A DNA stretch of 64,000 nt from Sphyrna mokarran (Eukaryota), in the NCBI GenBank assembly GCA_024679065.1, contig JAGIQG010000003.1, positions 88,226,001 to 88,290,000 on the forward strand, in the 5' to 3' direction. Position 1 is the stretch's first letter; every line of letters starts with the position of its first letter. Below are positions 1 to 12,730 of the stretch, in pieces. Position numbers and translations under genes: made by a program. Under the pieces are notes generated by a model. That model did not search any database and was not told the origin of the DNA. It saw only the letters and a list, made by a program, of their open reading frames with translations.

Positions 1-1184
1 CAGTGACCAACAGCATATTTATGACGTTTCCAGTAAAACAGAATCACCAATATTTCGAGATAAATTTAAACCTGAATTCAAATTCTCAAAGTGCACAGAT
101 TAGATTTGAAACAACCTTTGCCTGGATTATTAGACTTGGTTTCTGGATTCTTTGTCTTTCTCCTTAGCCAGATACAGACTGGCACCAAAAATAGACAAAC
201 TACCCATCTAATCCCTTGATTAAGGAACTGCCACTTAAAGTAACTAAGGGCTGAAGAGGGGAAAAAATGAGGAGGTATTTGACCTTTTTTTGAGAAGTCC
301 CATCAGTTTTGGCAGCAGTGTTCACTCAGATTTCACTGTGACAAACTTTAAACAAGTCAACATTAACAAATAAAAGAAAGTGTTTTTAAGCAAGAGTATA
401 ATTTAATTTCAGAAAATATGCACCTATTTTTAAGTGTATAATTGCCAATAATTAGCATGACAGAGCTTCTGTGAACAACTTTTGTCTTAAAAGATTTATC
501 TTTAATTAAACCTTGATAATTAAAGTTCTAATAAATGTTAGTCTCACACATTGAAGAAAATCTTTTGTTTAAACTTAGACACGCAATTGCCTCACTCGAC
601 ATCAGGGAAAGTCACATTACGTTCTCCTAAATGTCCCATCAACTGTTATGTACTGGTGAAAGCTTTAATGCATCATTTACTGACAGCAAGTTAAAAGGCA
701 ATTGGTGAGTTACAAATTAGTTGATTTGAACTTCACTATGGATTGATTAAGATCTTCAATAAGAAAATAAACAATGTTCTCTCAGCCTTCTCATTTTAGA
801 CTCATGAATGATTTGTCAGGTGGGCAAGTTTTTCACATCATTGTTGCCTTTTCTTCCCATATTGATATGGTGATGGTTTCTTTGATTAAAATCTCCAGAT
901 ATCTGCTTAAGTTGTCCATTTGGAAAATGGTTGCCAACTTAATGCCATTGCCAACAAGTAATGTTTAACTTGGAAATGTCAGTTCCTCTGAATTATGTTA
1001 ACCAAGATTATGCAATTAAAATTTGTTAGATATAAATTTAAGCGCACAGATGACTTCAAAATATGAAAGGAATATAAATAACATACATCAAGATATTTTA
1101 CCTGGTCTTTCAAAATCTAACGACAATCTTTCCTTTCATCAAATCGTGAATACTGACTCAATTTCAATCAATAAGTTTTATCTT

Positions 1185-1560
1185 TTTTTGTACCTTCGTG
1201 GGATGTGGATGTCGCTGGCAAGGTCCAGCATTTATTGTCCTTCCTTAATCAAACTGAATGGTTTGCTAGACCATTTCAGAAGACATGTTAAGAGTCAATC
1301 ACATTGCTGTGGATCTGGAGAAACAAGTAAGCCAGTCCAAGTAAGGACAAAAGATTTCCTTCCCCAAAGGACATCTGTGAACAGGCAGACTTTTATGACA
1401 ATTGACAATGGTTTCATGGTCATCATTAAATGTTTAGTTCCAGTTTTTCTTTATTAAATTCAGATTCCATCAATGGGATTCAAACCTGGTTCCCCAGAGC
1501 ATGATCTTGGATTTCTGGATTGCTAATCCAGTAACACTATCACTATATCACCACTCCCCC
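1185..1560 (-). mobile_element. tRNA-derived SINE with L2-like 3' tail (shark family)
   Basis: Reverse strand reads ggggagtggtgatatagtgatagtgttactggattagcaatccaga (A-box head), then ccaggtttgaatccc (B-box), then tail gacaataaatgctggaccttgccagcgacatccacatccc. Same family as 51580 and 56398. Confidence 0.8.
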
Positions 1561-2164
1561 AGTAAAGGCTGCTTGTTTCAACAGGAAATTGATTATTTTG
1601 ATGTTTCAAGAAGTCCTGCAGTTAAACCATGAGGAAAAGATACTATAACACCATCAGTTTGGTCAGTACAAGTACTCATCACACCCAAAGTGGATGATGT
1701 GCAAGTATTAAAATTATTGATATTTTTCATTCCTCACCTTCTTATAAACTATAATTTGCTATTTGGCAAATCAGCTCAGCAACCAGCTCTTATAATAATC
1801 TGACAAGGCTACTGAAGCACAAGGCATGCAAACTGAAGTTCAAACACTTTACATTTCACCTTAAACTCTCAGGCATTTGCAGCACTCCCCGTAATAAAGT
1901 TCATGTCGCACCTGTGGAAAGCCCCCAAGTCTAGCCTCGCTCACCTTAGCCTAGTCCTTTCTATATCAAATGTCAAGTTCACTTATTTCAAGTTCACTCT
2001 GCAAATTTCATGTCTTCGAGGAGATGACAAGAACAAAATTGTAGGCTTCATAGCAAGACAAGTAAGAATGTTACATTGGTCAGTATGATCCATGATACAT
2101 TTCTAAAAACCATTGCTCACAGAATAGTTCTGGTGAATTTCAATTGTTTAGCACAGAAGCAGAC

Positions 2165-2335
2165 CATTCAGCCTGGTCGGTTTGTGTCAATTTTGATAAT
2201 GAAAGAGGAGCTGAGTGACCCTGGTGAATCCAAACTGAATGTCCCTGATTGGATTAGCAAGTGCCTCTTAATAGCATTGTTAATGATTCCTTGCATCACT
2301 TTAATGATGATCGAAGCAGACTGACAATTAGGTTG
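2165..2335 (-). mobile_element. L2/CR1-group LINE RT fragment
   Basis: Minus ORF reads SIIIKVMQGIINNAIKRHLL, homologous to the plus-strand LINE segment at about 3620-3690. Confidence 0.65.
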
Positions 2336-2569
2336 ATGCCTGAAAGTGTTGGAGCAGAAGTTAATTTGGTGCAAAGACTGGATGAAAGATTGCCAAACAA
2401 GAAATTTTTATTCCAACACATTGGGGAAGCTTGTGTTGGACCCTGGGAGTGAGGATTAACTGTACTTTTATACTACTCTTTAATAAGCGCAGTGGAAGCT
2501 TGTCAGCATCACATCCCACGAAAAGATTGTGAAAGGTCAATATTCTGAAATGTACAGAGTCTTCCTCAA

Positions 2570-2770
2570 TGTTACATCAAAATCTCAAATCTGAGGATGA
2601 TGATAAGTTGGCATTTTGGTGATCAGCAGTTTGTGCATATTTGTATTTGGGTAAAACATATGAGAGGCATTTGTGTAAGAAACTTTCGTTGTCTTCATGT
2701 AGTTATCCTGCCACCAATTATCTCTCCTTTGGCACAGGATGGTAAGACTGTCAGCCCATGTTGTCAATCA
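2570..2770 (-). mobile_element. degenerate non-LTR retrotransposon C-terminal fragment
   Basis: Minus ORF (DSLTILCQRRD...SHMFYP) resembles decayed C-terminal LINE ORF2 motifs. Family uncertain. Confidence 0.35.
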
Positions 2771-4269
2771 GAGTTTGATAAAGAGTATGTCATAAAACAA
2801 AAATGTATGCAGCAGAAGTTGCAACGTGACATGTACATAGATCATCAAAGTAAAATATTCAAACTCAATCCACATCTACAAGTAGGAAGCTGGTGAAAAA
2901 CTGGAGTAATTTATAACAATAATCCAAAAAAGGACAGTGGCATTTGATTATAACTAATCGCATTTTTGTTCAAAGGTCACAAGAATCAAGCATGTCACAA
3001 TATCTGCTATTGCAATACTTAACATAGGTTCACTTACTGGTAAATTTACTGCAGTCAGTATAGCAATCCTTTTGAATTAATAATAGTACGTTAATTATAT
3101 AGTTAACCTCACTGTTGAAAACTTGTGGCGATCAAAAAAGTAATACTTTCCAAAGGCTCATTTTGATAAATGTTACGATCTTGATAATGAGAGGTTTGGA
3201 AGAGCCACGTTTGTCAATGGTGGGTTAATTATATTGTTAGGATACACAGGTGAAGGGCATGGCTTAATTAAGTATTTTAAGTAATATAAATCGGGGACAG
3301 CTGGGACATTGGGTGGGTGGAGAGCTTTGAGGCGGAACAAAGTCAATAAACTCTCCAAGTAGAAAAAACAACTCTGTCTTGGCTTTGACTTTACCAACGA
3401 CCTTGAATTCTGTTAACAATGTTAAAACAAGTTTCACTGAACTTATTAAAGAATAGAATAAAAGTACAGTTAATCCCCATTCCCAGGGTCAACACAACTT
3501 CTCCCAAAATGCTGGGATGAAAATTTCTTGTTTAGTAATTTTTCATCCAGTCTTGGCATGAAATTAACTTCTAATGCAACACTTCCCGGCATCAACCTAA
3601 CTGTCAATCTGCCCCATCAGTCTACTCTCAATCAGAATTAAAGTGATGTTTGGGGTCATCAACAGTGCTAGCAAGAGGCACTTGTTTAGTTTGTTCGTAG
3701 CAGAGTTCCAGCAGGTTTAATCATTTTGATCTCTTCAAAACCTTTGTTCAAACATGGACAAATGAAATGAATTCCAGAACTGAGGTGAGAGTGACTGCTC
3801 TTGATATGAAGGCAGCATTTGACCGAGTGTGACATCAAGGGATCCAAGCAAAACTGGAGTTAATGAGAATCACGGGAGAAAACCTCTAATGTTTGGAGTC
3901 ATACTTGATATGAAGGAAGATGAATGTCATTGTTGGAAGTCAGTCATCCCATTTTCAGGACATCACTGCAGGTGTCCTAAGGGTAGTGTGCTAGGCCCAA
4001 CAAGCTTCAGTTTCTTCTTCAATGACTTTACGTCTGTCATAAAGTGAGGATATTCACTGATGATTACACAATTTTCAGTACCATATGCAATTTCTCAGAT
4101 ACCAATATCAAGGCTTGGCCTGATAATTGGCAAGTAACATTCGCGACATGCAAGTGCCAGTTAATGACTATCTCCAACAAGAGAGAATCTAAACACATTA
4201 TTATTGACCAGAAACTGAATTGGACTAGCCATATAAATATCACGGCTTCAAAGGGGTATCAGAGATTAG

Positions 4270-4475
4270 GAGTAGAATTTTCAGCCTCTGTACAGTTTAA
4301 TTTCTGTTGGCAGATTCAGTCTGCCATTGGCCAGCAGAAGCATCTTCCAGTCCCACCAATATCCATGGGCTTTTGTGTGCCTCTCACCTTCTGCCATTGG
4401 GGAAAGCGATTCAGGGGCTTCCAATAGTGTGACTGGAAAATCCCACCAATGGAAATGGCTGGAAAATTTCCGTCC
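4270..4475. mobile_element. PIF/Harbinger-like MITE nested in the LINE
   Basis: Imperfect TIRs gagtagaattttc...ggaaaatttccgtcc. Flanks TAG/AAG (3-bp TSD, 1 mismatch). Host LINE sequence is continuous across it. Confidence 0.65.
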
Positions 4476-4549
4476 AAGGAATGTTTAGGAGTAACTCATC
4501 TTCCAACTCCTCAAAGCGTGTCTACTATCTACATGGTACAAGTGAGGCA

Positions 4550-5176
4550 AGTGGGCGAAATGACCACTATAGACCAAGGGTCTAGTTCAATAATGGCACA
4601 GCTTTATTTTCCTTTACGTTGACAGAGGTGCAGTCAGGACATACAATCAAACTGTCCCAAAAGCATTCTAAAGACCAGCCACAACGGACTACCTGAACTT
4701 CGATATATTGTACGATTCAAATGCTAGTGCTTTATTTACAGCATTTGACTTTAGCCATCTTGTCTCGATGTTTTCAAGTATTGGGACGATTGGTTTAAGT
4801 GAGTGTTAATTGTTTTTGTCTGATTGGTTATCAATGGTCTAGAATCTCTGGGGTTTGAACAATGGATGTGCAATTATTCTCAAGAAGTTTGAGGGGCCAG
4901 GGATGTTTCCTTAGTTATGCTAATCTTTAGGTATCTCCACAGAGGGTTGTTTGATTAAGTTAGAAGTGCTGATTTGATGGGAAGGAGATGTGTTTTTCAA
5001 TTTAGTTCCTGTAGGTGCCATTCTGTTCAGTCCCCTTTGGGTGCTTGCCCTCATTTGCATTCTAAAAGCATGTCCATACCTGCTAGTCTGTGTCTGCAGT
5101 GGGGAGGCTCTGAGTGCAATTTTAGTCTACTTCCATATTGTGTGCCCAATTTCATAATATTTGTTGTCTGATAATA
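4550..5176 (-). mobile_element. probable solo LTR inserted into the LINE
   Basis: About 630-bp unrelated block splits the host LINE between caagtgagg and tgtgatggaat. AATAAA lies on the minus strand near the left end (tttatt at about 4604). Termini are degenerate. Confidence 0.5.
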
Positions 5177-5920
5177 GCATGTGATGGAATAGTGTCCACT
5201 TGCCTGGATGAATACAGCTCCAACCATACTCAAGACATTTGATAACATCCAAGACAAAGCATCTCACTTGGTTGACACCCCTTCCTCAAACATTCCCTCC
5301 CTCTATCACCAGCAACGTACAATGATAACAGAAAACCATCATGGCTCCTTTGACAGTACGTTCCAAACTCATGAGTACTACCACCAAGAAGGACAAGGAC
5401 AATAGACACATGGGAACACTACCATCTGGAAGTTCCTCTCCAAGACATATAACATCTTGACTTGGAAATATGTCACCATTCCTTCACTGTTGCTGCATTA
5501 GGGGTGTACCTACATCACATCACATAGACTGTAATGAGTCAAGAACAGTAGCTCCTGTTCATGCCCAAAATGACCTATCCTGTAATACATCATTTAGGGT
5601 CATGTGAAAATCACAATACTCCCATAATTGATTCAGTTTGACAATGTCAGTTGTGATTAATTCACCCAGCTTTTCATCCTTATATTCAATTTGAATCTCT
5701 GGAGTATCTCTGCAGATGTTTGAGGTGTAATTGAGTCTTCACTGAATTCATAAGTCCACTGAATGACTTGGAGCTGGGTATACTTCAAGCTGTGAGACTG
5801 CAAATAAGGTGATAGGTTTGACTTCCAAAATCACTTAAGAGAATTGCTTTGCATTTCACCACCTCCCCTATTTCATTTGCTTGGAAATAGTACCTGAGGC
5901 ACTCAATGTATTGCATTCAG

Positions 5921-6683
5921 CCCTCTACAGAGGAGTCAAATGGATCTATTTGCCCAAAGAGAGGTGTTCTGGTGAGTATAGTTTTCCTTTTTCTCAGTCT
6001 TTAATTAAAATGGATACTCACAGGTGTAAGGCCAGAGGCAGTGTCAAAATAATTTATCCTCATCGCAAGACATAATGACGCACTTTCAGAGACTTCATTA
6101 GTGAATACATAGGAATTTTTTCAATGATCTTTAAGAGCTGTATGTTTGTAACTAATTCTAAAATACCTCTGCCTAAGAGATCTCCTTTCCCGGGGTGATT
6201 CTTCACTCTGAATCCTACTTGGTCACCCTTATTCTTCTGTTACTCTTAAAAAGAGACAATCACTACAGAAGTGAAGGGTTTAGGGAGAGTACAAGGCCAT
6301 GAAAGCTAGAGATTGCACCACCAACAGTATTCATCATTTGATTATGTCATGATCACATTGGAATTTATTTTACTGAAAAACATTATGCAAAAAGAAATTG
6401 CCTGCAATTTCATTGAATCCATTATTAAATCCTTTGAATGTTACAACTGTGTTGGACTACAGTTGTGTCCAGTCCTCCGTGGATGAGTCAAATGGGCCTA
6501 TTTGCCCAAAGAGAGGCATTCTGGTGACTAGTTTTTTTTTCTCAGCCTTCGATTAAAATAGGATACTCAAAGTTGTGGGCCAGCAGCAGGACAATTTATC
6601 CCCAATGCCAGATGTAATGATGCACTTTCAGTGACTTCATATCATGAACATAAAGAGATTTATTTAATGATCTTCAAAAGCTG
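5921..6683 (+). repeat. diverged direct duplication (about 220-300 bp unit, 552-bp period) containing a 51-nt exon-like segment
   Basis: 5921-6140 aligns by eye with 6473-6683. Shared strings include gagtcaaatgg, ctatttgcccaaagagagg, tctggtga, ggatactca, gcactttcag and aatgatctt. Confidence 0.85.
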
Positions 6684-7439
6684 CTGTGAGGTCCTGTCAT
6701 CTCATTTTACAGAGAAATTCTTGAATAGCCCCCACAATGTATCTCCTACCTACCTTCACAGAAGCATCCCTTCTTCCACTAGTATGTTACTTTAATGGCA
6801 CTGACTCTCCCATGGTCTCAGAGGACATCATCAGTTTATTTGCAATAGCAGTAATACTTTTGACACGGAGAATTCGACAAAAATTGGAATCTCTTCGGTT
6901 GGATAATAGAACAGATATTCACACTACAGATAACAGCTTTCTCCCTCTCAGACCATTGGCTTCAGACTCTTTCCAAAACAAAGAAAAGCTCTCACACCCT
7001 CTCAAAAAAGTCTGCACCAAACAGATACCAGCCCACCCCCTCTCCCTTATCCAACCATTGATGAATAGGGGACATACATTCTTTTGAAAACATTCCACCT
7101 AAAATACTCAATGAAGTGATAGTGTGGTTGACTGTTAACTGACCTTCAAAGTGAGGTACTTAGTCATCTTCATGAGGGTCACTCACCACCATCTTCTCAA
7201 AGTGAATTAGGAGTAGGCAGTAAATACTTGCCTTGCTACCGCTATCTACAACTGTGAATAAGAAATGAGCCATGCACCTCTCCAAAACAACAGCCTGAAT
7301 TTGCTGAAAATGGCTACCATCATTGTACAAATTAAGTATTAGTCGCGGAAATAGATCATAACTTCTGGATGAGTTGCGTTCATCCATACACATTTTGAAA
7401 GATCACCCTGACATGGCCTCACAAATGGTGTCAAATCCA

Positions 7440-7620
7440 GGAGAAGGTTTCTTATTCAGAGAGTAGTTGGAGTGTGGAACTTATCACCAAGAGTCATTGA
7501 GGTGAATAGCATTTATGGAATTGAGACAACGTTGAGTAAGTACATGAACAAGAAAGGGAATAGAAAGGAATGCAGATAGGATTAGAGAAAGTAAAGTATG
7601 AGGAAACCAGTGTGGAGTAG
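7440..7620 (+). mobile_element. CR1/HER1-like LINE 3' fragment
   Basis: ttcttattcagagagtagttggagtgtggaac corresponds to the CR1 F.QRVV..WN.L motif. Confidence 0.65.
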
Positions 7621-8900
7621 AAGCTCTGGTAAAAAGCTGAGGCAGAGAGGGGATTATATGCCCCCATTTTCAGTTGATAGGACTGAGGGCAGAGACCCAA
7701 AATGGTTTTAACACAGATAAGATTTCCCCTCGCTTGTCTCTCCCCACTCCTTCCCCCTCTTCTCACCAGTGACGTGCCAGAGTTCACATCGTACAATGAC
7801 CAGAACCCCATTATAATGCATTTAAATCCAATTAATGGGCCTTCTTGCCACATAGAAAAGTACCCCCCGCCAACAGCATGACATCACTTCAGCAAAGTTT
7901 ACAATTTTTTAAAAATGGAGAGCGGATGAACAGAACCTGCTGGGGATGCACAGATGTGAGTGGGCCATGCCCAGGTATAACCCCCTGGCACTGTCTGTCT
8001 TAGGGGGGTGGGAGGATTCTATGCTGGTGGGGGCAGGTGATTCATTTTATCTATTTTTATTGCCTTTTCTTCAGGGCATTTTTGGCTCATTCAGAACCTG
8101 CCCTGCCAGCTTGACATTGTGGAACCCCCACCTGTTGGCTTTTCTTGTTCTAAGCGTTTAAAAAGATAGTGGGAAAAGCTAGCAGTGCAGCTGGCAGGCT
8201 AGACACTGCTTTTGTTGCCCGAGTTTAGACAAAAAAAAAGAAAATTCCATCCCTGTGTACCGGAATAATACTCCCTGAGCATTGAACCGACAAAATTGAC
8301 AGTTTTTAAAGAATGGTTGATCCCACATTGGCTTGTCACCTCATGTGTCTCATTATTGCTAGACATATTCAACTTGACCCAGTGGCAACTTTCAAAAGTA
8401 ATCACGCTGTGGGCCCAATCTCCTGCACCAAATCCTGGAACTAGGCTCACTGTGTGTGCCCAGGTCAATTCAGAAGCATTGTTCATCCTGTTCTTAATGA
8501 AAGGCAATGCAAATTTGCTAAGCGTGCTGCCCGTGGAAATTAAACTAAAATTACTCGGTGTGTGTTCTAAATTTGGTTCATAGCTTGCTAGATTCTGCAA
8601 CTTGAACACACTGCAATGCATATGAAATCATTCTGCCAGGCAACACAAACTTTTTTTTAAGGGTGGCAAAAGAAGATTCAATGACAACTTTCAACAGGAA
8701 TTGGATTTGTACACAGAAAGAGCTGAGCTGGGAAAGAACTGAGATTAATTGGTAAGAAGTGCACAGGCACAGTGATTTGGAATGAGTCCTTCTGTGTTGT
8801 GAGATTCTATGAAATGTAGTGAAGTAGTAAGATGTTAAATCACTGTCACAGTGCTGGGACCTTTGATCGATGATTGATCAGTGTAATTAACCTGGGACAT

Positions 8901-9146
8901 TTTCCTCCGGGTGCTCCAGTTTCCTCTCCCAGTGCAAAGGTGCGCAGGTTAGGTGGATTAGCCGTACTAAATTGCCCCTTGGTTTTCCAAAATGTTCAGG
9001 TTAGATTGATTAGCCATGGTGAATACATGGGGTTACAGGAATAGGATGAGTGAAGAGGAGCTGGGTAAGATACTCTGGTGAAGAGTCAGTGCAGACTTGA
9101 TGGGCCAAATGGCCTCCTCCTGCACTGTAGGGATTCTTTGATTCTG
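8901..9146 (+). mobile_element. HE1-type V-SINE (5'-truncated)
   Basis: V-core tttcctccgggtgctccagtttcctc...gtgcgcaggttaggtggattagcc...aaattgcccctt, plus CR1-type tail gatgggccaaatggcctcctcctgcactgtagggattct. Confidence 0.9.
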
Positions 9147-9329
9147 TGAAGTGGCATTCGATAACTTTCCCATCTGAGACTTGCTTCATGTTCTCATGCA
9201 GATGCCAGAACCTTCCCACATTAATCTCCTTCACTATGTATTTCAAATGTATTGTGGCACAAATGAGTTTAAGTACAAAAATTGGCGAGAGTATGTGGCA
9301 TTGAAACCCACACTGCTTGCTGCCATTCT

Positions 9330-9737
9330 TGGCTCAGTTGTCACACTCTCATCTCCAAGCCAGAGAACAGAGTGATTCAAAGCGTGATCCAGAGAACTGA
9401 GCACAAAACAGAGGCTAACCTTTCAGTCTAGTAGTGAAGAGTCATCTTTTGGAGATGTTAAACACTTGTCCTCTCAGATAAGCAAAAATATCTCACAGCA
9501 CTATTGCAACGAAGAATGATATTTTCCTCCTATCCTGGCCAATAATTACTCCTCAATCAACATCAGAAAAGAAAAACCATTTGGTCATTAGCTCATTGCT
9601 GTTTATGGGTCCTCCTTGTTTCCAAATAGTCATTGTGTTTTCTTCATTGCAACACTTCAACAATATCCAACTGGCAGTAAAGCAAGCACTATGGGACATC
9701 CTAATGTCATGAAATGCAACATGTAAATGTAAATCTT
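9330..9737 (+). mobile_element. Deu-domain SINE (SacSINE1/AmnSINE-like)
   Basis: tRNA-like head followed by Deu-like core tcctggccaataattactcctcaatcaacatca...ggtcattagctcattgctgtttatggg. Related copies at 42215, 43185 and 47700. Confidence 0.7.
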
Positions 9738-9825
9738 GTTTCTCTATCACCAGAAGGCCTGGATTGCAGTAAAATATAAATGGTTCAATCTCAATCACTG
9801 TGCTGGGGTTGCCAGTAACATGCTA

Positions 9826-10187
9826 GGGCGGCATGTTGGTACAATTATTATCACTAGTGCGTCACAGCCAGTGACCCGTGTTCGGTTCCGATCTTGGCTA
9901 ACTGTCAGTGTGGAGTTTTACACGTTCTTGCCATGTCAGAGTGGGTTTCCTCTGGATGCTATGGTTTCTTACCACAATCCAAAGATGTGCAGGTTAGGTG
10001 GATATGCCATGCTAAATTGTCCCTTAATGTCTAAAGATATGTAGGTTAGTTGGATTCGCCATGGTAAATGTGTGAGGTAACAGAATAGGGCAGAGGGGTG
10101 GGACTAGGTAAGATCATTTTCAGAGAGTCACTGTAAACTCAATGGGCCAAATGGCCTCCAACTGTGCTGTAAGAATTCTGTGGTTCT
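9826..10187 (+). mobile_element. HE1-type V-SINE, near full length
   Basis: tRNA head gggcggcatgttggtacaa...ggttccgatc, V-core and CR1-type tail atgggccaaatggcctcc. Confidence 0.9.
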
Positions 10188-10712
10188 CTACAGTACCTGA
10201 TACTTTATCCTTCTTTGATAAAAGTGCACCATTCATTCCATTTCATGCTCATTTCCCAATCCCATATTCAAATTTTTGGCTTTCTTGTCCCAACTCCCAT
10301 TGTAGTATTATTATGTTCATACACCATCACTACACAATTCCGAGTACCCAGCCATCATAGACTGCAATGCAATGGAACAGCTGCTCTATGTGGTTATAAT
10401 GCAGTGAGAAGGCAATCTTAATCCAGTCCTTGGAAGACAACTCACAGCTTTTATATTTACTAGCTGCCAGTGCCATGCTGATATCCCAGATCCCTCAAGC
10501 CATCTCTTTTAATAATAAAATTGTTTGCAGCAGTATTTCTCAGATGACATGATGAATTTATAGATCCAGAAAGATTAGGAACTCTTTCTAGCATATCAAA
10601 GAGCAGGTTAGAGAGCCAATTCCATGGTTGCTGTAAAGCTTATACGAACTTTATTCACATTTGTTCAATGGCTTGCAATTGTTTGAAGCAACCTTACAAA
10701 TGTTAGAAACTA

Positions 10713-11310
10713 TGGGAGGATTTCATGACCTTCAGATTGGTTGGGTTCATTGTGATTCCCTCAAAGGATAAGGAATCCTAAAGTCTGGGATTCCTTATCC
10801 TTTGTCTCTGACCTTTTCCCCACCCAGAAACTTGATTGACAAGGCAGTTTGGTGAGGAGCATCTAAGAGGAGGATGCCATACCAAATAGGTGCCACACCA
10901 AATATGGCATCCCAAAGTGGAGTCTGATCCCTAACATCTGCAGATGGGAAATGCTGTTGATGAGGGAGATTGGGAAACCAGAAGGAAGTATGCATCTCTG
11001 TATGTCTTGGCTCACAAGATGTACAGTAAAGCCACTTGTCTTCCCCCAATCCCTCAGACCGTCCTCACCCCATTGCAGCTCTCAGGTTTCACCAAGGCCT
11101 GGGAAACACAGTTGCTAGAGTAAAAGCCTGCACTCTCAGTCTCTTAAATACCAATGCTTATCCCAGAACCAGGTTGTTGTCCATCTCATGCTCTGTCTCA
11201 ATAAAACCCAGAAATGAATGTATTGGAGCCAGCTTCTGGTGCACTTAGAATTTGTTCCTATTTAGTGCCTTCCCAGTCTGCACCCAATCTCTCGATAAAA
11301 TTCACTCTGA
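10713..11310. mobile_element. Harbinger-like non-autonomous element (degenerate)
   Basis: Ends gggaggatttca...gataaaattcactc resemble the MITE TIR family. Contains a perfect 17-bp internal inverted repeat. Confidence 0.4.
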
Positions 11311-11704
11311 AAGGACATTGACATAACCAGGATCATCACCTTTTATCATATCCAAAATAAAATAGTCCAGAATCATGTGTGTGAGTGTGAGAGGGAATTG
11401 AAATCGTAGTTTAAATTCTGAGAATTTGAACGTTAATTGACAAAAGTTTTGTTAATTCATAATGAGTGCGTTGGTATTGTATCAAAGCAAGTAAATGATT
11501 CTCCTGCATGAGCCTATTGGGCGAAATAGCTTGTTACTGTGTTGTATGTACTATGTAAAATTATTTTTGCTTGTATTAATGTATTAGATTCACACACACA
11601 CCATTCTTCTGTCAAGTTTAACAGAGGTGGTAATGCATTGGAGGAAGGTTTGACTCACTCTCATTATTTAGGGTACTGGGACTATGGGGATTGGATGGGA
11701 AATA

Positions 11705-12730
11705 GGGGCCGTGAATCTCCCAAAAGTACTGAGTTAGTGGGAGAATTGTTCTACATCCTGACTGTTTTGTCAGTTCAGCTTCTCACCTGAATATCCGCAC
11801 TCTGTGCACTGCAGAAATCTCTATCATGAATCTCATTAAAAACCTATTCAGGGCCTATTCAAACAGCTCTAGAACTCTGCGCATGCCTGATCATTGGCCA
11901 CCCTGGGATCACCGCAGTGCTATCCCTCCAAGCCCATACTACATTGCGATTGCGGCCTCCACAACAATTCCCAGGGAAACCCTGATCCCCTGTCCCCTGT
12001 CCTGGAGTACCCCAATGAGCTGTCCACCCCCACAGCAGTGGTGATCCTTCCACCCCACTCCCTCACCCTGGCAGATGAACCCCCCCTCCTCCACTAATCC
12101 AACTGGGGTCAGACTCCTCCCAGCGAGAGTCCCCCCTAGCAGACCACCATTCTCCCAGCCCGTCCCAATCGCTACCCTCTTTCCATCCCAGACCAATTTT
12201 ATCTGCAGAGTGGCATCCCCAGAGATCACCCCTAGACCCAGCCTACAGTAGGCCATGCTGCCTCGGGCACTGCCCAATGCCTGCTGAGCAGTGCCAGGGT
12301 GCCCCTTGGGCAGTGCCGGCAGCATAAGCTGACCCTGCCAGGGTGCCCATGCCCAAAGAGCACCACCCCCGCCATCCAACTCCCTGGGGGCCCCAATTAC
12401 CCTCACCTTCTTTCTGGCAGGGTCTCTCATTAGTTCCCCAAACATGGGGAGTAGTCTGAACACTGCCAGAATGAAGTACTCCTGGCAGGGTGGGAGATTC
12501 AATCGGGACCTGAAAGGTCCAGATAATTAACTCATATAAATATTTAAAACATGTTTTAAAAAGATTTAAATGACTTATCTGCCTTCCAATTGGTTCCCAT
12601 CGTGATCTGACCGGCGAACATTTGCCAGCTCTGCATGCATTCCTGATGCATGCACAAGGCCGGAGATGTGCATCTCCTACCATCACCCAACAAAAAAGTT
12701 GGTGGTTGCAATGAGAGAATTGAGAGTCTC
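11705..12730. mobile_element. about 1-kb GC-rich non-autonomous TIR element (Harbinger-like)
   Basis: Ends ggggccgtgaatctccc...gagagaattgagagtc with a C-rich interior. Shares cactctgtgcactgcaga and other motifs with copies at 37582, 35700 and 55330. Its overlapping ORFs are spurious. Confidence 0.65.

Larger units (their letters stand above)
3590..5555 (+). mobile_element. decayed L2/CR1-group LINE (RT region to 3' end), interrupted by two insertions
   Basis: RT motifs with stops and frameshifts: EVRVTALDMKAAFDRV*HQG (3782-3841), GV..GSVLGP (about 3971-3998), IFTDD (YADD-equivalent, about 4050-4064), W..NWQVTFA..KC. Resumes at about 5180 (VME*CPLAWMNTAPTILKTFDNIQDKA). Confidence 0.85.

Noticed and set aside
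2076-2452. Protein-looking plus-strand ORFs (82 and 63 aa)
   Set aside because: They overlap an antisense LINE RT fragment that explains the sequence.
9826-9900. tRNA genes at the SINE heads
   Set aside because: A/B-box-like heads run straight into SINE bodies and are too degenerate for a cloverleaf.
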